From contig JAVKFY010000036.1 in NCBI GenBank assembly GCA_040223615.1, positions 11,596 to 75,595 on the forward strand: DNA of 64,000 nt, in the 5' to 3' direction. The stretch is from Alphaproteobacteria bacterium (lineage in GTDB: Bacteria > Pseudomonadota > Alphaproteobacteria > GCA-2731375). Positions 1 through 10,849 of this stretch are shown piece by piece (position 1 is the first letter of the stretch; every line of letters begins with the position of its first letter). The notes under the pieces are model-generated. The model was given only the letters and a program-made list of their open reading frames with translations, was not told the DNA's origin and ran no database searches. A program made the translations under genes and the position numbers.

Positions 1-219
1 AACGTCATCGCGGCTGGCGAGCTCGGCCGGATCGGCGCACCAGGCCATGGCGGACAGGTCGACGCCGCGGTCGCGCTGGCTGCGTGCGCTGACGGCGGTG
101 ACGACAAGCGGCCGGCCGACGCGGGTGGTCAGCAACTCGGCCTGGCCATTCAGCAGTTCGATCAGGCCGACACCAACCGTGCCGAGGCCGGCGATACCGA
201 GACGCAGCGGCTGGCTCAT
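1..219 (-). CDS. hom: Homoserine dehydrogenase, N-terminal part (runs off the window)
   Basis: Hand translation from ATG 219 gives MSQPLRLGIAGLGTVGVGLIELLNGQAELLTTRVGRPLVVTAVSARS... with a GxGxxG Rossmann motif. The ATG overlaps the upstream TGA (ATGA). Absent from the ORF track. Confidence 0.9.
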   Translation of the reverse strand, partial: MSQPLRLGIAGLGTVGVGLIELLNGQAELLTTRVGRPLVVTAVSARSQRDRGVDLSAMAWCADPAELASRDDV

Positions 220-1433
220 CCGGCGCTCGCCTGGATCGGCTTCTCTTCAGAGTACTGGTTAGACATGCTCAGGAACTTCTTGATATTTCTTACAGCTTGG
301 CGAATGCGATGTTCGTTCTCGACGAGCGCGATGCGGACGTGGCCATCACCATACTCGCCAAAACCGATGCCCGGCGAGACCGCCACGCCGGCCTTCTTCA
401 ACAGCAGCTTGGAGAATTCCAGCGAGCCCAGCGCGCGAAACGGTTCCGGGATCGGCGCCCAGCAGAACATCGTCGCCGGCGGCGACGGAAGCTCCCATCC
501 GGCGCCGGCAAGGCCCTGGACCAGCACGTCGCGACGCCGACGGTAGGTCTCGCGCGCCTCTTCCACGCAATCCTGCGGGCCGTTCAGCGCGGTGCAGGCG
601 GCGACCTGGATCGGCGTGAATGCGCCGTAGTCGAGGTAGGACTTGATCCGGGTCAGCGCGCGGATCAGGTCGCGGTTGCCGGACGCGAAGCCGATGCGCC
701 AGCCGGGCATCGAATAGGTCTTCGACAGCGAAGTGAACTCGATCGCCACGTCCTTGGCGCCCGGCACCTGCAGGATCGACGGCGGCGGATTGCCGTCGAA
801 ATAGATCTCGGCGTAGGCGAGGTCGGAAAGGATGTAGATCTGATGCTCTTTGGCGAATGCAACGATCCGCTCAAGGAACGCCAAATCAATGACTTCTGCC
901 GTCGGGTTCGACGGATAGTTGAGAACGAGCGCAGTTGGCGGCGGTACGCAGTGGCGCATCGCGCGTTGCAGGTTCTCCCAGAAATCCTCGCCATGCGCGA
1001 CCGGAATATTGCGGATCACGGCGCCGGCGATGATGAAGCCGTAGGGGTGGATCGGATAGGACGGGTTCGGCGCCAGGATCACGTCGCCCGGCGCGGTGAT
1101 CGCCTGCGACAGGTTGGCCAGCCCTTCCTTCGAGCCCAGGGTGACGATGGTCTCGCCCTCGGGATCGAGTTCGACCCCGAAGCGGCGCTGGTAATAGGCG
1201 GCGTTGGCCTTGCGCAGGCCGGGGATGCCACGCGAGGTGGAATAGCGGTGCGTGCGCGGGTCCTGCACCGCCTCGACCAGCTTGGCAACGATATGCGGCG
1301 GCGTCGGCAGGTCCGGGTTGCCCATCCCGAGGTCGATGATGTCCTGGCCGGCGGCGCGCGCCCTGGCCTTCATCTCGTTGACCTCGGCGAACACGTATGG
1401 CGGCAGGCGCCGTATTCGATGAAACGAGTCCAT
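216..1433 (-). CDS. alaC: PLP-dependent class I/II aminotransferase (AlaC/YfdZ type, often annotated LL-DAP aminotransferase)
   Basis: FHRIRRLPPYVF N-terminus, DLGMGNPD, SLSKTYSMPGWRIG PLP-lysine motif; directly upstream of hom. Confidence 0.85.
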   Translation of the reverse strand: MDSFHRIRRLPPYVFAEVNEMKARARAAGQDIIDLGMGNPDLPTPPHIVAKLVEAVQDPRTHRYSTSRGIPGLRKANAAYYQRRFGVELDPEGETIVTLGSKEGLANLSQAITAPGDVILAPNPSYPIHPYGFIIAGAVIRNIPVAHGEDFWENLQRAMRHCVPPPTALVLNYPSNPTAEVIDLAFLERIVAFAKEHQIYILSDLAYAEIYFDGNPPPSILQVPGAKDVAIEFTSLSKTYSMPGWRIGFASGNRDLIRALTRIKSYLDYGAFTPIQVAACTALNGPQDCVEEARETYRRRRDVLVQGLAGAGWELPSPPATMFCWAPIPEPFRALGSLEFSKLLLKKAGVAVSPGIGFGEYGDGHVRIALVENEHRIRQAVRNIKKFLSMSNQYSEEKPIQASAG

Positions 1434-1531
1434 CGCTCGACCTCGATGCTCCTTGATTGCGGCGGTCCGGCCGGGCCGGGCGCCCTGCCCGAGCGCTCCC
1501 CTACCTACGCCGATTCGACGCTCGGTTCGAC

Positions 1532-3103
1532 CTATTCGAGGAAGATTTCGGCGCGGCGGTTCTCCGCCTCGCCGTTCGGCATGAACTCGAAGTAAAGCGG
1601 CTGCGTGTCACCCACGGCCTCGACCACGATGCGGCTGCCGTCGACGCCGGCCCGGGCCAGCGCCTGGGCGACGCGGTTGGCGCGGTCTAGCGAGATGTTG
1701 AAGTTGGCGATCAGGTGGCGCTCGAACGGCATGTTGCCGGTGCGCTGGCTGGAGTGGCCGACGACGCGGACGGTTCGGCCGGTGCGTTTGGCCTCCGCCG
1801 CGACGGCGCGGATGTCGCGCTGCGCCTGGGCCGAGAGCCCGGCGCCGCCATGGCCGAAATGCACGGTCGCGACCAGGCCGGCGGGCGCCGCGCCAAGTCC
1901 GCTCGGCGCCGGGCCAGGCCTGGTGGTGGTGTAGTTTGGACGACCCGGGCTGCCGCCGACATAGACGGTGCCGCCGGAGTCGATGACAGCGCCGCCGGGG
2001 GCCGGATCGCCGACCGGCAAGGCAGCCAAGGTCATGCCCTGCTGCGCCGCGATGTTGCGCGAGAAAGCTTCGTTCAGCGCCTGCTGGTCCGGCGCCACCG
2101 GGAGGTTCAGGCGCTGTGCCACGGCGGAGCTGGCCGGCGCGGCGGGCTGCATCGCCACGCGCGGCGCCGGTGCCGCTGGGATCGGTGCCGGCGTCGACGG
2201 CCGCGGCGTCGCTGCCGTCGCGACAGGAGCCGGCGTCGGTGTCGGCGGTGGCGTGGCGGCACGAACCTGCGACGGCAGCGCCGGGGCTGTCGTCGCAACT
2301 GGCGCCGGCGGCGGCGATGCCGGCGGCACGGTGGCCGCGCTCGGGACCTGCGGCGGCGTGGTGGCGGCGACCGCCGGTGCCCGGCTGACGCTGCCGGACT
2401 GGATTGGCGCCGGCGCCGGGCCGCGCTGCACGATCTGTGGCACTGCCATGCGCCGACGCCCGCCCGGCAGGTTGGTGAGGTCGGCGGTCGACGGCGGCGC
2501 GGCGTCGCTCGCATCCGAGGCTGCCGGCATCGGCGGCGGCGGCGGCGGCGCCATCGGCTTGGGCGGTTCAACGTCGGCCCGTGCCACGGTGGTCGCCGCG
2601 GGAGGTGGCGGTGGCGGCGGTGCCGCGGTTAGCGTCGGCGGCCTCGAGCCGCTATCGGTCGTCGTATCCGTGGCCGGTGCCGGTGTACTGGCGGCCGCTG
2701 GCGGCGGCGCTGGTCGCGGTGGCGGCGGCGCGGTATTGGCGGCTTGCTGCTGCAGGGCGGTGTTGGCGACCTGCTCGGTATACTTGGCGTTGTCGCGGTC
2801 GGCGACCAGGCCCTGCTGCACGCGCTGGCGTTCGGCGCTCGGCGTCGGGGCGTCCGGCCGCGCCGGTACCGATGCCAGCGTCGGGAAGTTCTGGTCGGAG
2901 CCCGGCACCGGCTGCGCCAGGGCACTGTCGTCCTGTTCCGGCGCCGGCGCGTCGTCGCCGGCGATGCTGTCGTACCAGTTCACCGGATTGGCGTAGTCCG
3001 GTACATAGGAGCAACCGGCAAGCGTCAGAACCACCGCCAATGCGGTGCCGCGCGCCAAAAATCCGGCTGGATTTCGCCGGTACTCGGTTGTTTCGACCGT
3101 CAC
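1532..3103 (-). CDS. OmpA-like C-terminal domain lipoprotein with long Pro/Ala-rich linker
   Basis: Lipobox LAGC; C-terminal VVGHSS...NISLDRANRV...ENRRAEIF OmpA-like motif. Start placed at GTG 3103 after GAGG (the ORF track extends to 3151). Confidence 0.8.
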   Translation of the reverse strand: MTVETTEYRRNPAGFLARGTALAVVLTLAGCSYVPDYANPVNWYDSIAGDDAPAPEQDDSALAQPVPGSDQNFPTLASVPARPDAPTPSAERQRVQQGLVADRDNAKYTEQVANTALQQQAANTAPPPPRPAPPPAAASTPAPATDTTTDSGSRPPTLTAAPPPPPPPAATTVARADVEPPKPMAPPPPPPMPAASDASDAAPPSTADLTNLPGGRRRMAVPQIVQRGPAPAPIQSGSVSRAPAVAATTPPQVPSAATVPPASPPPAPVATTAPALPSQVRAATPPPTPTPAPVATAATPRPSTPAPIPAAPAPRVAMQPAAPASSAVAQRLNLPVAPDQQALNEAFSRNIAAQQGMTLAALPVGDPAPGGAVIDSGGTVYVGGSPGRPNYTTTRPGPAPSGLGAAPAGLVATVHFGHGGAGLSAQAQRDIRAVAAEAKRTGRTVRVVGHSSQRTGNMPFERHLIANFNISLDRANRVAQALARAGVDGSRIVVEAVGDTQPLYFEFMPNGEAENRRAEIFLE

Positions 3104-3206
3104 GATCGCCTCGCAGCGTCTGCGCCCACTGTCGGTGGCGCCGAAATCCATGTAAACAGTTTGCCGTCCGGCGGCAATGCCAGCAACCGACCCGGAGCTA
3201 CAAGCA

Positions 3207-5009
3207 ATGCCTGATAAGAATGACCCGAACGATATGCCGTTGCCAGATGCGGCGGCATTTTCACAGAACCTGATGAAGGTGGCGAGCCAGTCGCAGAAAC
3301 TGGTCGCCGAGTTCCTGGAGCGTCAAGCCGCCGACGGCGGCGGGCCACAGGACCCGCTGAACATCGGCGACGCCTTCATGGCGCTGACCCAGCAGATGCT
3401 GTCCGACCCGCAGAAGCTCGCCCAGGCGCAGCTCAGCCTGTGGCAGGACTACCTGGCCTTGTGGCAGCAGGGCGCGCAGCGGATGCTGGGACAGCCAGCG
3501 GAGAACCTGGCCGAGCCGGCCGCCGGCGATCGGCGTTTCAAGGACGCGGCGTGGCAGGAAAACCAGGTCTTCGACTTCATCAAGCAATCCTACCTGCTGA
3601 CCTCGCGCTGGATGATGGACACCGTGCACGAGGTCGACGGCCTGGATCAGAAATCGGCCAAGAAGGTCGACTTCTACACCCGCCAGTTCATCGATGCGAT
3701 GAGCCCGTCCAACTTCGTGATGACCAATCCGGAGGTGCTGCGCACGACGCTGGAGCAGAATGGCGAGAACCTGGTGCGCGGGCTCGACCACATGCTCGAG
3801 GACCTGGAGCGCGGCAAGGGCAAGCTGGCGATCAGGATGACCGACATGGACGCTTTCCAGGTCGGCGAGAACGTCGCCACCACGCCGGGCAAGGTGGTGT
3901 GGCAGACCGACCTGATGCAGCTCATCCAGTACACGCCGACGACGGAGAAGGTGTACCGCCGGCCGCTGGTGATCTTCCCGCCGTGGATCAACAAGTTCTA
4001 CATCCTCGACCTGCGGCCGGATAACTCGTTCATCAAGTGGGCGGTCGACCAGGGACTGACGGTGTTTGTCGCCTCCTGGGTGAACCCGGACGCCAGCCTC
4101 GCCGACAAGGGTTTCGAGGACTACATGCACGAGGGCGTGTTCGCGGCGCTCGACGGCATCGAGGCCGCCACCAGCGAGAAGAACGTGAACGCGATCGGCT
4201 ATTGCCTGGGCGGCACGCTGCTGGCCGCCTCGCTGGCCTACATGAAGGCGGTCGGCGACGATCGGGTGAAGGCGGCGACCTTCTTCACCTCGCTGGTCGA
4301 TTTCGCCGAGCCGGGCGAGCTGGAAATCTTCATCGACGACGAGCAGCTCAGGAACTTGGAAGAGCGGATGGACGAGCAAGGCGGCGTGCTCGACGGCTCG
4401 GCCATGGCGACGACCTTCAACATGTTGCGCGCCAACGACCTGATCTGGTCGTTCGTGATCAACAACTACCTGCTCGGCAAGGACCCCTTCCCGTTCGACC
4501 TGCTGTACTGGAACTCCGATTCCACGCGGATGCCGCGGGCGATGCACCTCTACTACCTGCGCAACATGTACCAGCAGAACCGGCTGTCGCAGCCCGGCGC
4601 GCTGACCTTCGGTGACGTCGACCTCGACCTCGGCAACATCGACATCCCGGTCTACATCCTGTCGACCAAGGAGGACCACATCGCGCCATGGAAGGCGACC
4701 TACGTCGCCACCCAGCTGTACAGCGGTCCGGTGCAGTTCACCTTGGCCGGTTCCGGCCACATCGCCGGCGTGGTCAACCCGCCGTCGGCCGGCAAGTACG
4801 GCTTCTGGACCAACAAGGAGAACCCGCCGGCGCCGGACAACTGGTTCGCCAGCGCCACGCAGCACCCCGGCTCGTGGTGGGAGAACTGGAAGGGCTGGAT
4901 CGCCAAGCAGTCGGGCCGCAAGGTCGCTGCGCGCCAGCCCGGTTCCGAAAAGGCGCCAGTGCTGGAGGACGCACCGGGCAGTTACGTGAAAGTCCGCGCG
5001 GACGCATAG
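3207..5009 (+). CDS. phaC: Class I poly(3-hydroxyalkanoate) synthase
   Basis: PPWINKFYILDL, catalytic GYCLGG box, DHIAPW and SGHIAG motifs; GGAG RBS before ATG 3207. Confidence 0.97.
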   Translation: MPDKNDPNDMPLPDAAAFSQNLMKVASQSQKLVAEFLERQAADGGGPQDPLNIGDAFMALTQQMLSDPQKLAQAQLSLWQDYLALWQQGAQRMLGQPAENLAEPAAGDRRFKDAAWQENQVFDFIKQSYLLTSRWMMDTVHEVDGLDQKSAKKVDFYTRQFIDAMSPSNFVMTNPEVLRTTLEQNGENLVRGLDHMLEDLERGKGKLAIRMTDMDAFQVGENVATTPGKVVWQTDLMQLIQYTPTTEKVYRRPLVIFPPWINKFYILDLRPDNSFIKWAVDQGLTVFVASWVNPDASLADKGFEDYMHEGVFAALDGIEAATSEKNVNAIGYCLGGTLLAASLAYMKAVGDDRVKAATFFTSLVDFAEPGELEIFIDDEQLRNLEERMDEQGGVLDGSAMATTFNMLRANDLIWSFVINNYLLGKDPFPFDLLYWNSDSTRMPRAMHLYYLRNMYQQNRLSQPGALTFGDVDLDLGNIDIPVYILSTKEDHIAPWKATYVATQLYSGPVQFTLAGSGHIAGVVNPPSAGKYGFWTNKENPPAPDNWFASATQHPGSWWENWKGWIAKQSGRKVAARQPGSEKAPVLEDAPGSYVKVRADA

Positions 5010-5026
5010 CGGGAGAAGCCGTGAGC

Positions 5027-5584
5027 ATGGCGATGGCACCGCCGGAGCATGAGGCCCGACGGGAGTTCGGCCGGGCCTGGCGTCGGCGTCTGCTGTGGCT
5101 GACGCTGCTGGCGGCGGCCGGCTGGTTCGCGCTCACCGCCTACTATTTCCGCCAGGACCTGAGTATCAACCTGCGCCTGTTGTGGGACAACCGTGCCACC
5201 GCAGCGCAGGAATACGCACCCGTGCTTGGCGCGTTGATGGCGCCGCCGCCGGCCGCGGTGCCGATCGAGGCGGTGCTGCGGGCCAAGGTGCCACGACCGG
5301 TGACGGTGCAGATCAGCGTCGCCGACGTGCTGGTCGGCAACGCGGTGCGCCGGTTGCGCGACGTCGTGCCGCTGGTCGCGCTGCCGGCGCTGACGCTGCT
5401 GGTGGTCGGCTACGTGCTGTCCGGCATCGGCGGCCGGCTGCTGGGCATGGTCTCGCCCTCGGAGTTCCACCGGCTTTGGCCGGCGATCATCATTCCCGCC
5501 GTCGTCGCTTTCGGCTTCGGCGCCATGTTCGGCGCGGCGGTGCTCTACTACAGCGCCCCGATCCGCAGCCTGATCGGTATCTGA
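5027..5584 (+). CDS. Hypothetical membrane protein (about 3 TM segments)
   Basis: 3' part of ORF 4688..5584; GC-rich codon usage, hydrophobic helices, starts 17 nt after phaC. Confidence 0.6.
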   Translation: MAMAPPEHEARREFGRAWRRRLLWLTLLAAAGWFALTAYYFRQDLSINLRLLWDNRATAAQEYAPVLGALMAPPPAAVPIEAVLRAKVPRPVTVQISVADVLVGNAVRRLRDVVPLVALPALTLLVVGYVLSGIGGRLLGMVSPSEFHRLWPAIIIPAVVAFGFGAMFGAAVLYYSAPIRSLIGI

Positions 5585-5590
5585 ACCGGC

Positions 5591-6655
<1,065 letters not shown>

Positions 6656-6657
6656 CG

Positions 6658-7506
6658 TTACTTCTCGGTCTCCACCAGTCCCTTGACGAACAGCCGCTGC
6701 ATCACCAGCACCACGATCACCGGCGGCAGCATCGCCATCATCGCCATCGCCATCACCTCGTTCCACACCGGCGCGGTGTCGGCGACCGCGACCAGCCGCT
6801 GAATGCCCATCACCACCGTGGCGAAGCGCGCCTCGGTGGTGATCAGCAGCGGCCACAGATACTGGTTCCAGCCGAAGATGAAGAGGATCACGAACAGCGC
6901 CGCGATATTGGTGCGGGACAGCGGCAGCAAGATGTCACGGAAGAATTTCATCGGCCCGGCGCCGTCGATGCGCGCCGCCTCGACCAGTTCGTCGGGCACG
7001 GTCATGAAGAACTGCCGGAACAGGAAGGTCGCCGTGGCCGACGCGATCAGCGGGATCGACAGGCCGGCGTAGCTGTTCAGCATGCCGAGGTCGGCGACCA
7101 CCTTGAAGGTCGGCAGGATGCGCACCTCGACCGGCAGCATCAGCGTCAGGAAGATGAGCCAGAAGCAGAACATCCGGAACGGGAAGCGGAAGTAGACGAT
7201 CGCGAAGGCGGAGATGATCGAGATCGCGATCTTCCCGATGGTGATCGAGAGCGCCATGATCAGGCTGTTCAGCATCATCCGCGCCACTGGGCCGCCATCG
7301 GCGTTGACGTTCCCTTCGCCCAGGACCTTGGCGTAGTTCGCGTACATGTGGTCGCCGGGCAGCAGCGGCACCAGTCCGGTGATCAGCGCGTCCTGCGGAT
7401 GGGTGGAGGCGACGAAGGTGATCCAGATCGGCAGCAGCGTGATGGCGATGCCGCCGAACAGCACAGCGTAGGCGAACCAGAGCAGATAGCGTCGGTTTTC
7501 GACCAT
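6658..7506 (-). CDS. ugpE: sn-glycerol-3-phosphate ABC transporter permease
   Basis: MVENR start, [12 protein letters not shown] motif, [18 protein letters not shown] end. Confidence 0.95.
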   Translation of the reverse strand: MVENRRYLLWFAYAVLFGGIAITLLPIWITFVASTHPQDALITGLVPLLPGDHMYANYAKVLGEGNVNADGGPVARMMLNSLIMALSITIGKIAISIISAFAIVYFRFPFRMFCFWLIFLTLMLPVEVRILPTFKVVADLGMLNSYAGLSIPLIASATATFLFRQFFMTVPDELVEAARIDGAGPMKFFRDILLPLSRTNIAALFVILFIFGWNQYLWPLLITTEARFATVVMGIQRLVAVADTAPVWNEVMAMAMMAMLPPVIVVLVMQRLFVKGLVETEK

Positions 7507-8387
7507 CAGTACTGCACCCGCCGCTCGATATAGCGGAACTGCACCACCGTCAGCGCCACGACGATGACCATCAGCACCACCGACTGCGCCGCGGAGCTGC
7601 CCAGGTTCAGGCCGATGAAGCCGTCATTGAACACCTTGTAGACCAGGATCGTGGTGGCGCTGGCGGGACCGCCGCTGGTGGTCGCGTGGATGGTGCCGAA
7701 GGTGTCGAAGAAGGCGTAGACGACGTTGACCACCAGCAGGAAGAAGGTGGTCGGCGACAGCAGCGGGAAGATGATGGTCCAGAACCGCTTCATCGGTCCG
7801 GCGCCATCGATCGCCGCGGCCTCGATCAGCGAACGCGGAATCGCCTGCAAGCCGGCCAGGAAGAACAGGAAGTTGTATGCAATCTGCTTCCAGGTCGCCG
7901 CCAGCGTCACCAGGATCAGCGCGTCGATACCGTCGAGCTGGTGGTTCCAGTCATAGCCGAGCCAGCGCAGGAAGTAGGCGTTGATGCCGATCGACGGGTT
8001 GAACAGGAAGTACCAGAGCACGCCGGCGATCGCCGGGGCCACGGCGTAGGGCCAGATCAGCAGCGTCTTGATGGTGCTGGCGCCCTTGATGATGCGGTCG
8101 GCCATCACCGCCAGCAGCAATGCGGAACACATCGCCAGCGCGGCAACCGCGAAGCTGAAGCCGAAGGTACGGCCGAACGAGCCGATATAGTGCTCGTCGG
8201 TCGCCAGGTCGGTGAAGTTGTCGAACCAGACGAACTTGGTCGACAGGCCGAACGCGTCCTCCACCAGCACCGACTGGAACAATGCCTGGCTCGCCGGCCA
8301 CAGGAAGAAGACGACCGTGATCACGAGCTGTGGCAGCACCAGCAGATACGGCAACCAACGGTGCCGGAAGACGACTCGCTTTTCCAT
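7506..8387 (-). CDS. ugpA: sn-glycerol-3-phosphate ABC transporter permease
   Basis: MEKRVVF start, [28 protein letters not shown]. Confidence 0.95.
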   Translation of the reverse strand: MEKRVVFRHRWLPYLLVLPQLVITVVFFLWPASQALFQSVLVEDAFGLSTKFVWFDNFTDLATDEHYIGSFGRTFGFSFAVAALAMCSALLLAVMADRIIKGASTIKTLLIWPYAVAPAIAGVLWYFLFNPSIGINAYFLRWLGYDWNHQLDGIDALILVTLAATWKQIAYNFLFFLAGLQAIPRSLIEAAAIDGAGPMKRFWTIIFPLLSPTTFFLLVVNVVYAFFDTFGTIHATTSGGPASATTILVYKVFNDGFIGLNLGSSAAQSVVLMVIVVALTVVQFRYIERRVQY

Positions 8388-8402
8388 GTCGGGAACGGGT
8401 GA

Positions 8403-8434
8403 GGCCGCCGCCGGTCTCGGTTCCGGCGGCGGCC
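8403..8434. terminator. Intercistronic hairpin between ugpB and ugpA (mRNA stabiliser or partial terminator)
   Basis: Perfect 12-bp inverted repeat GGCCGCCGCCGG-N8-CCGGCGGCGGCC just after the ugpB stop. Confidence 0.65.
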
Positions 8435-8443
8435 CCGTTCAGG

Positions 8444-9757
8444 TCAGCCGTTGGCGTCCTGGAACTTGCGCAGCAGGTCGTTGCCGCGCTTCACCGCGTC
8501 GTCGAGGCCCTCCTTGGCGGTCTTGTCGCCCGCCCACACGGCCTCCAGCTCGTCGTTGATGACATCGCGGATCTGCACGAAGTTGCCGAAGCGCAGGCCG
8601 CGCGAGTTGGCGGTCGGCTGGTTCAGGCTGAGCTGCTTGATCGCCGTGTCGGTGCCCGGCGCCTTCTCGTAGAAGCCCTGCTTCTTGGACAGCTCGTAGG
8701 CCGCCGTGGTGATCGGCACGTAACCGGTCGCCTGATGCCAGTCGGCCTGGATCTCCGGTGACGACATGAAGTTGAAGAACTTCGCGACGCCCTCGTACTC
8801 TTCCTGCGGATGGCCGCGCAGCACCCACAGCGTAGCGCCGCCGATGATCGAGTTCTGCGCCTTGGCGGCGACGTCGGTGTTCACCGGCAGCATCGCCTGA
8901 CCGTAGTCGAACTTGGCGTTGCCTGCGATCGAACCGTAGTAGGCAGAGGAATTCATCCACATGCCGCATTCCTGGTTCATGAACTTCGGCAGGCTCTCGC
9001 CGCGCCGGCCGCCATAGTCGAACAGCTTCGACTTCTGCCAGTCGGCGATCTTCTGGATCATGCCGACGACATGGTCGTTGTTGAAGGTCAGCTCGGTGTC
9101 GAGACCGGCGAAGCCGTTCTCCTTGGTGCCGATCGGCAGGTTATGCCAGGAGGAGAAGTTCTCCACCATCACCCACGACTGCCAGCCGAAGGAGAAGCCG
9201 CAAGGCATGCCCGACGCCTGCAGCGCCTTGGCCGCGCTCTCCATCTCGGCCCAGGTCTGCGGCGGCTTGTTCGGGTCCAGGCCGGCTTTCTTGAAAGCGT
9301 CCTTGTTGTACCAGAGCACCGGCGTGGAGCTGTTGAACGGCAGCGAGAGCAGCTCGCCCTGCGGCGTGGTGTAGTAGCTGACCACCGCCGGGAGGTAGGC
9401 GTTGATGTCGAACGCCTGGCCGGTGTCCTTCATCAGCTCGTGCACCGGGTAGATCGCGCCCTTGGCCGACATCATGGTCGCGGTGCCGACCTCGAACACC
9501 TGCACGATGTGCGGCTGCTGCTTGGCGCGGAAGGCGGCGATCGCCGCCGTCATGGTCTCGGTGTAGTTGCCCTTGTTGACCGGGACGACCTTGAAGTCGG
9601 ACTGGCTGGCGTTGAACTTGGTGGCGATCTCGTCGACCTTCTCGCCGAGCTTGCCGGTCATGGCGTGCCACCACTGAATCTCGGTCGCCGCGTATGACGC
9701 GGTTGCGACCAGGGCCACGCCAGCGAATGCCGTCGAAGCCAGAATCTTTCTGAGCAT
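8444..9757 (-). CDS. ugpB: sn-glycerol-3-phosphate ABC transporter substrate-binding protein
   Basis: Signal peptide, EIQWWHAM, QVFEVGTATMM, PFNSSTP, NSIIGGATLW. Confidence 0.96.
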   Translation of the reverse strand: MLRKILASTAFAGVALVATASYAATEIQWWHAMTGKLGEKVDEIATKFNASQSDFKVVPVNKGNYTETMTAAIAAFRAKQQPHIVQVFEVGTATMMSAKGAIYPVHELMKDTGQAFDINAYLPAVVSYYTTPQGELLSLPFNSSTPVLWYNKDAFKKAGLDPNKPPQTWAEMESAAKALQASGMPCGFSFGWQSWVMVENFSSWHNLPIGTKENGFAGLDTELTFNNDHVVGMIQKIADWQKSKLFDYGGRRGESLPKFMNQECGMWMNSSAYYGSIAGNAKFDYGQAMLPVNTDVAAKAQNSIIGGATLWVLRGHPQEEYEGVAKFFNFMSSPEIQADWHQATGYVPITTAAYELSKKQGFYEKAPGTDTAIKQLSLNQPTANSRGLRFGNFVQIRDVINDELEAVWAGDKTAKEGLDDAVKRGNDLLRKFQDANG

Positions 9758-9839
9758 TGGACCTCCCTACGGGTTGACCGCCCAGTGTTGGGCAGCCGGG
9801 GCGAAGGCGCCCCTTATTGCAGGGTCAGTTTGCCCATTT

Positions 9840-9857
9840 GTGACAGTCGTGTGAAGG
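9840..9857 (-). promoter_or_regulatory. Putative PhoB (Pho) box upstream of ugpB
   Basis: Minus strand CCTTCAC-ACGA-CTGTCAC versus consensus CTGTCAT-N4-CTGTCAT; ugp is a classical Pho regulon member. Confidence 0.6.
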
Positions 9858-9864
9858 ATTGAAG

Positions 9865-10833
9865 TCAGGCGCCGCCGGCGACCTCGGCCAGGCGGTCGGG
9901 ATAGTCGGAAATGATGCCGTCGACGCCGAGCTCGATCAGGCGGCGCATGTCGTCGGGATCGTTCACCGTCCAGACCACCACTTTCAGGCCCAGCGCGTGC
10001 GCCTCGGCGATATTCTCCGCCGTTACCTCGCGGAAATAGGGCGACCAGACGTCGCCGCCCATCGCCTGGATCAGGCGCGGCACCGAGCCGTCATGGTCGT
10101 CGAGGTCGAAGCCGGCGGTCCATGGCGACGGGCCGTCCTGGCCGCGCTTGATGTTGTCGAGCCAGCCCTGCTGCGCGGTCAGGTAGACGGTGGTGACCTC
10201 CGGCTCGACCTGCCGCACGTGCTGCAGCGTGCGGAAATCGAACGACTGGATGGTGGCGTGGCTGAGCGCACCGGCCTCGCGCAGCACCGCCAGCACCGCG
10301 TCGGCGAAGTCCTCCGGCCCGAGCGTCTCCGCCGGCTGCAACGGGCTGATCTTGGTCTCGATGTTGTAGCGCACCGGCCGGCCCGCCGCCTTGCCCAGTG
10401 CCAGCACCTCCGACAGCTTCGGGAACCGGGTGCCGTCGATCGGCTGCTGGTCGGCGAAGTTGCGGGCGTAGCGCGAGCCGGGCTTGATGCGGCCGATGTC
10501 GTAGGTCTGCAATTCGGCGTAGGTCAGGTCGTGGATCGCCGGCGTTGGATCCGCCAGCCATTCGCCGTCCGGGCCACGGGTGATCTCCGGCGTCAGCCGG
10601 CGGTCGTGCGAGACCACGACGATGCCGTCGCTGGTCACGCCGGTGTCGAGTTCCAGCGTCACCATGCCGACGTCGATCGCCTTCTTGAAGGCCGGCAGCG
10701 TGTTTTCCGGCAGCAGGCCGCGCGCGCCCCGATGTCCCTGTGTGTCCAGCTTTGTGTCCAGCGACCCCGCCGTTGCCATCTGCGCACCCGCTCCCATCGC
10801 CACGATCAACCCGATCGCCAGCCGCAAGCCCAT
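9865..10833 (-). CDS. Glycerophosphodiester phosphodiesterase (GDPD), with signal peptide
   Basis: GHRGARGLLPENTL, ELD, HD, NIETK, WTVND, DGIISDYP; start MGLRLAIGLIVAM at 10833. Confidence 0.92.
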   Translation of the reverse strand: MGLRLAIGLIVAMGAGAQMATAGSLDTKLDTQGHRGARGLLPENTLPAFKKAIDVGMVTLELDTGVTSDGIVVVSHDRRLTPEITRGPDGEWLADPTPAIHDLTYAELQTYDIGRIKPGSRYARNFADQQPIDGTRFPKLSEVLALGKAAGRPVRYNIETKISPLQPAETLGPEDFADAVLAVLREAGALSHATIQSFDFRTLQHVRQVEPEVTTVYLTAQQGWLDNIKRGQDGPSPWTAGFDLDDHDGSVPRLIQAMGGDVWSPYFREVTAENIAEAHALGLKVVVWTVNDPDDMRRLIELGVDGIISDYPDRLAEVAGGA

Positions 10834-10849
10834 GATCCGGTCCCCTGGT

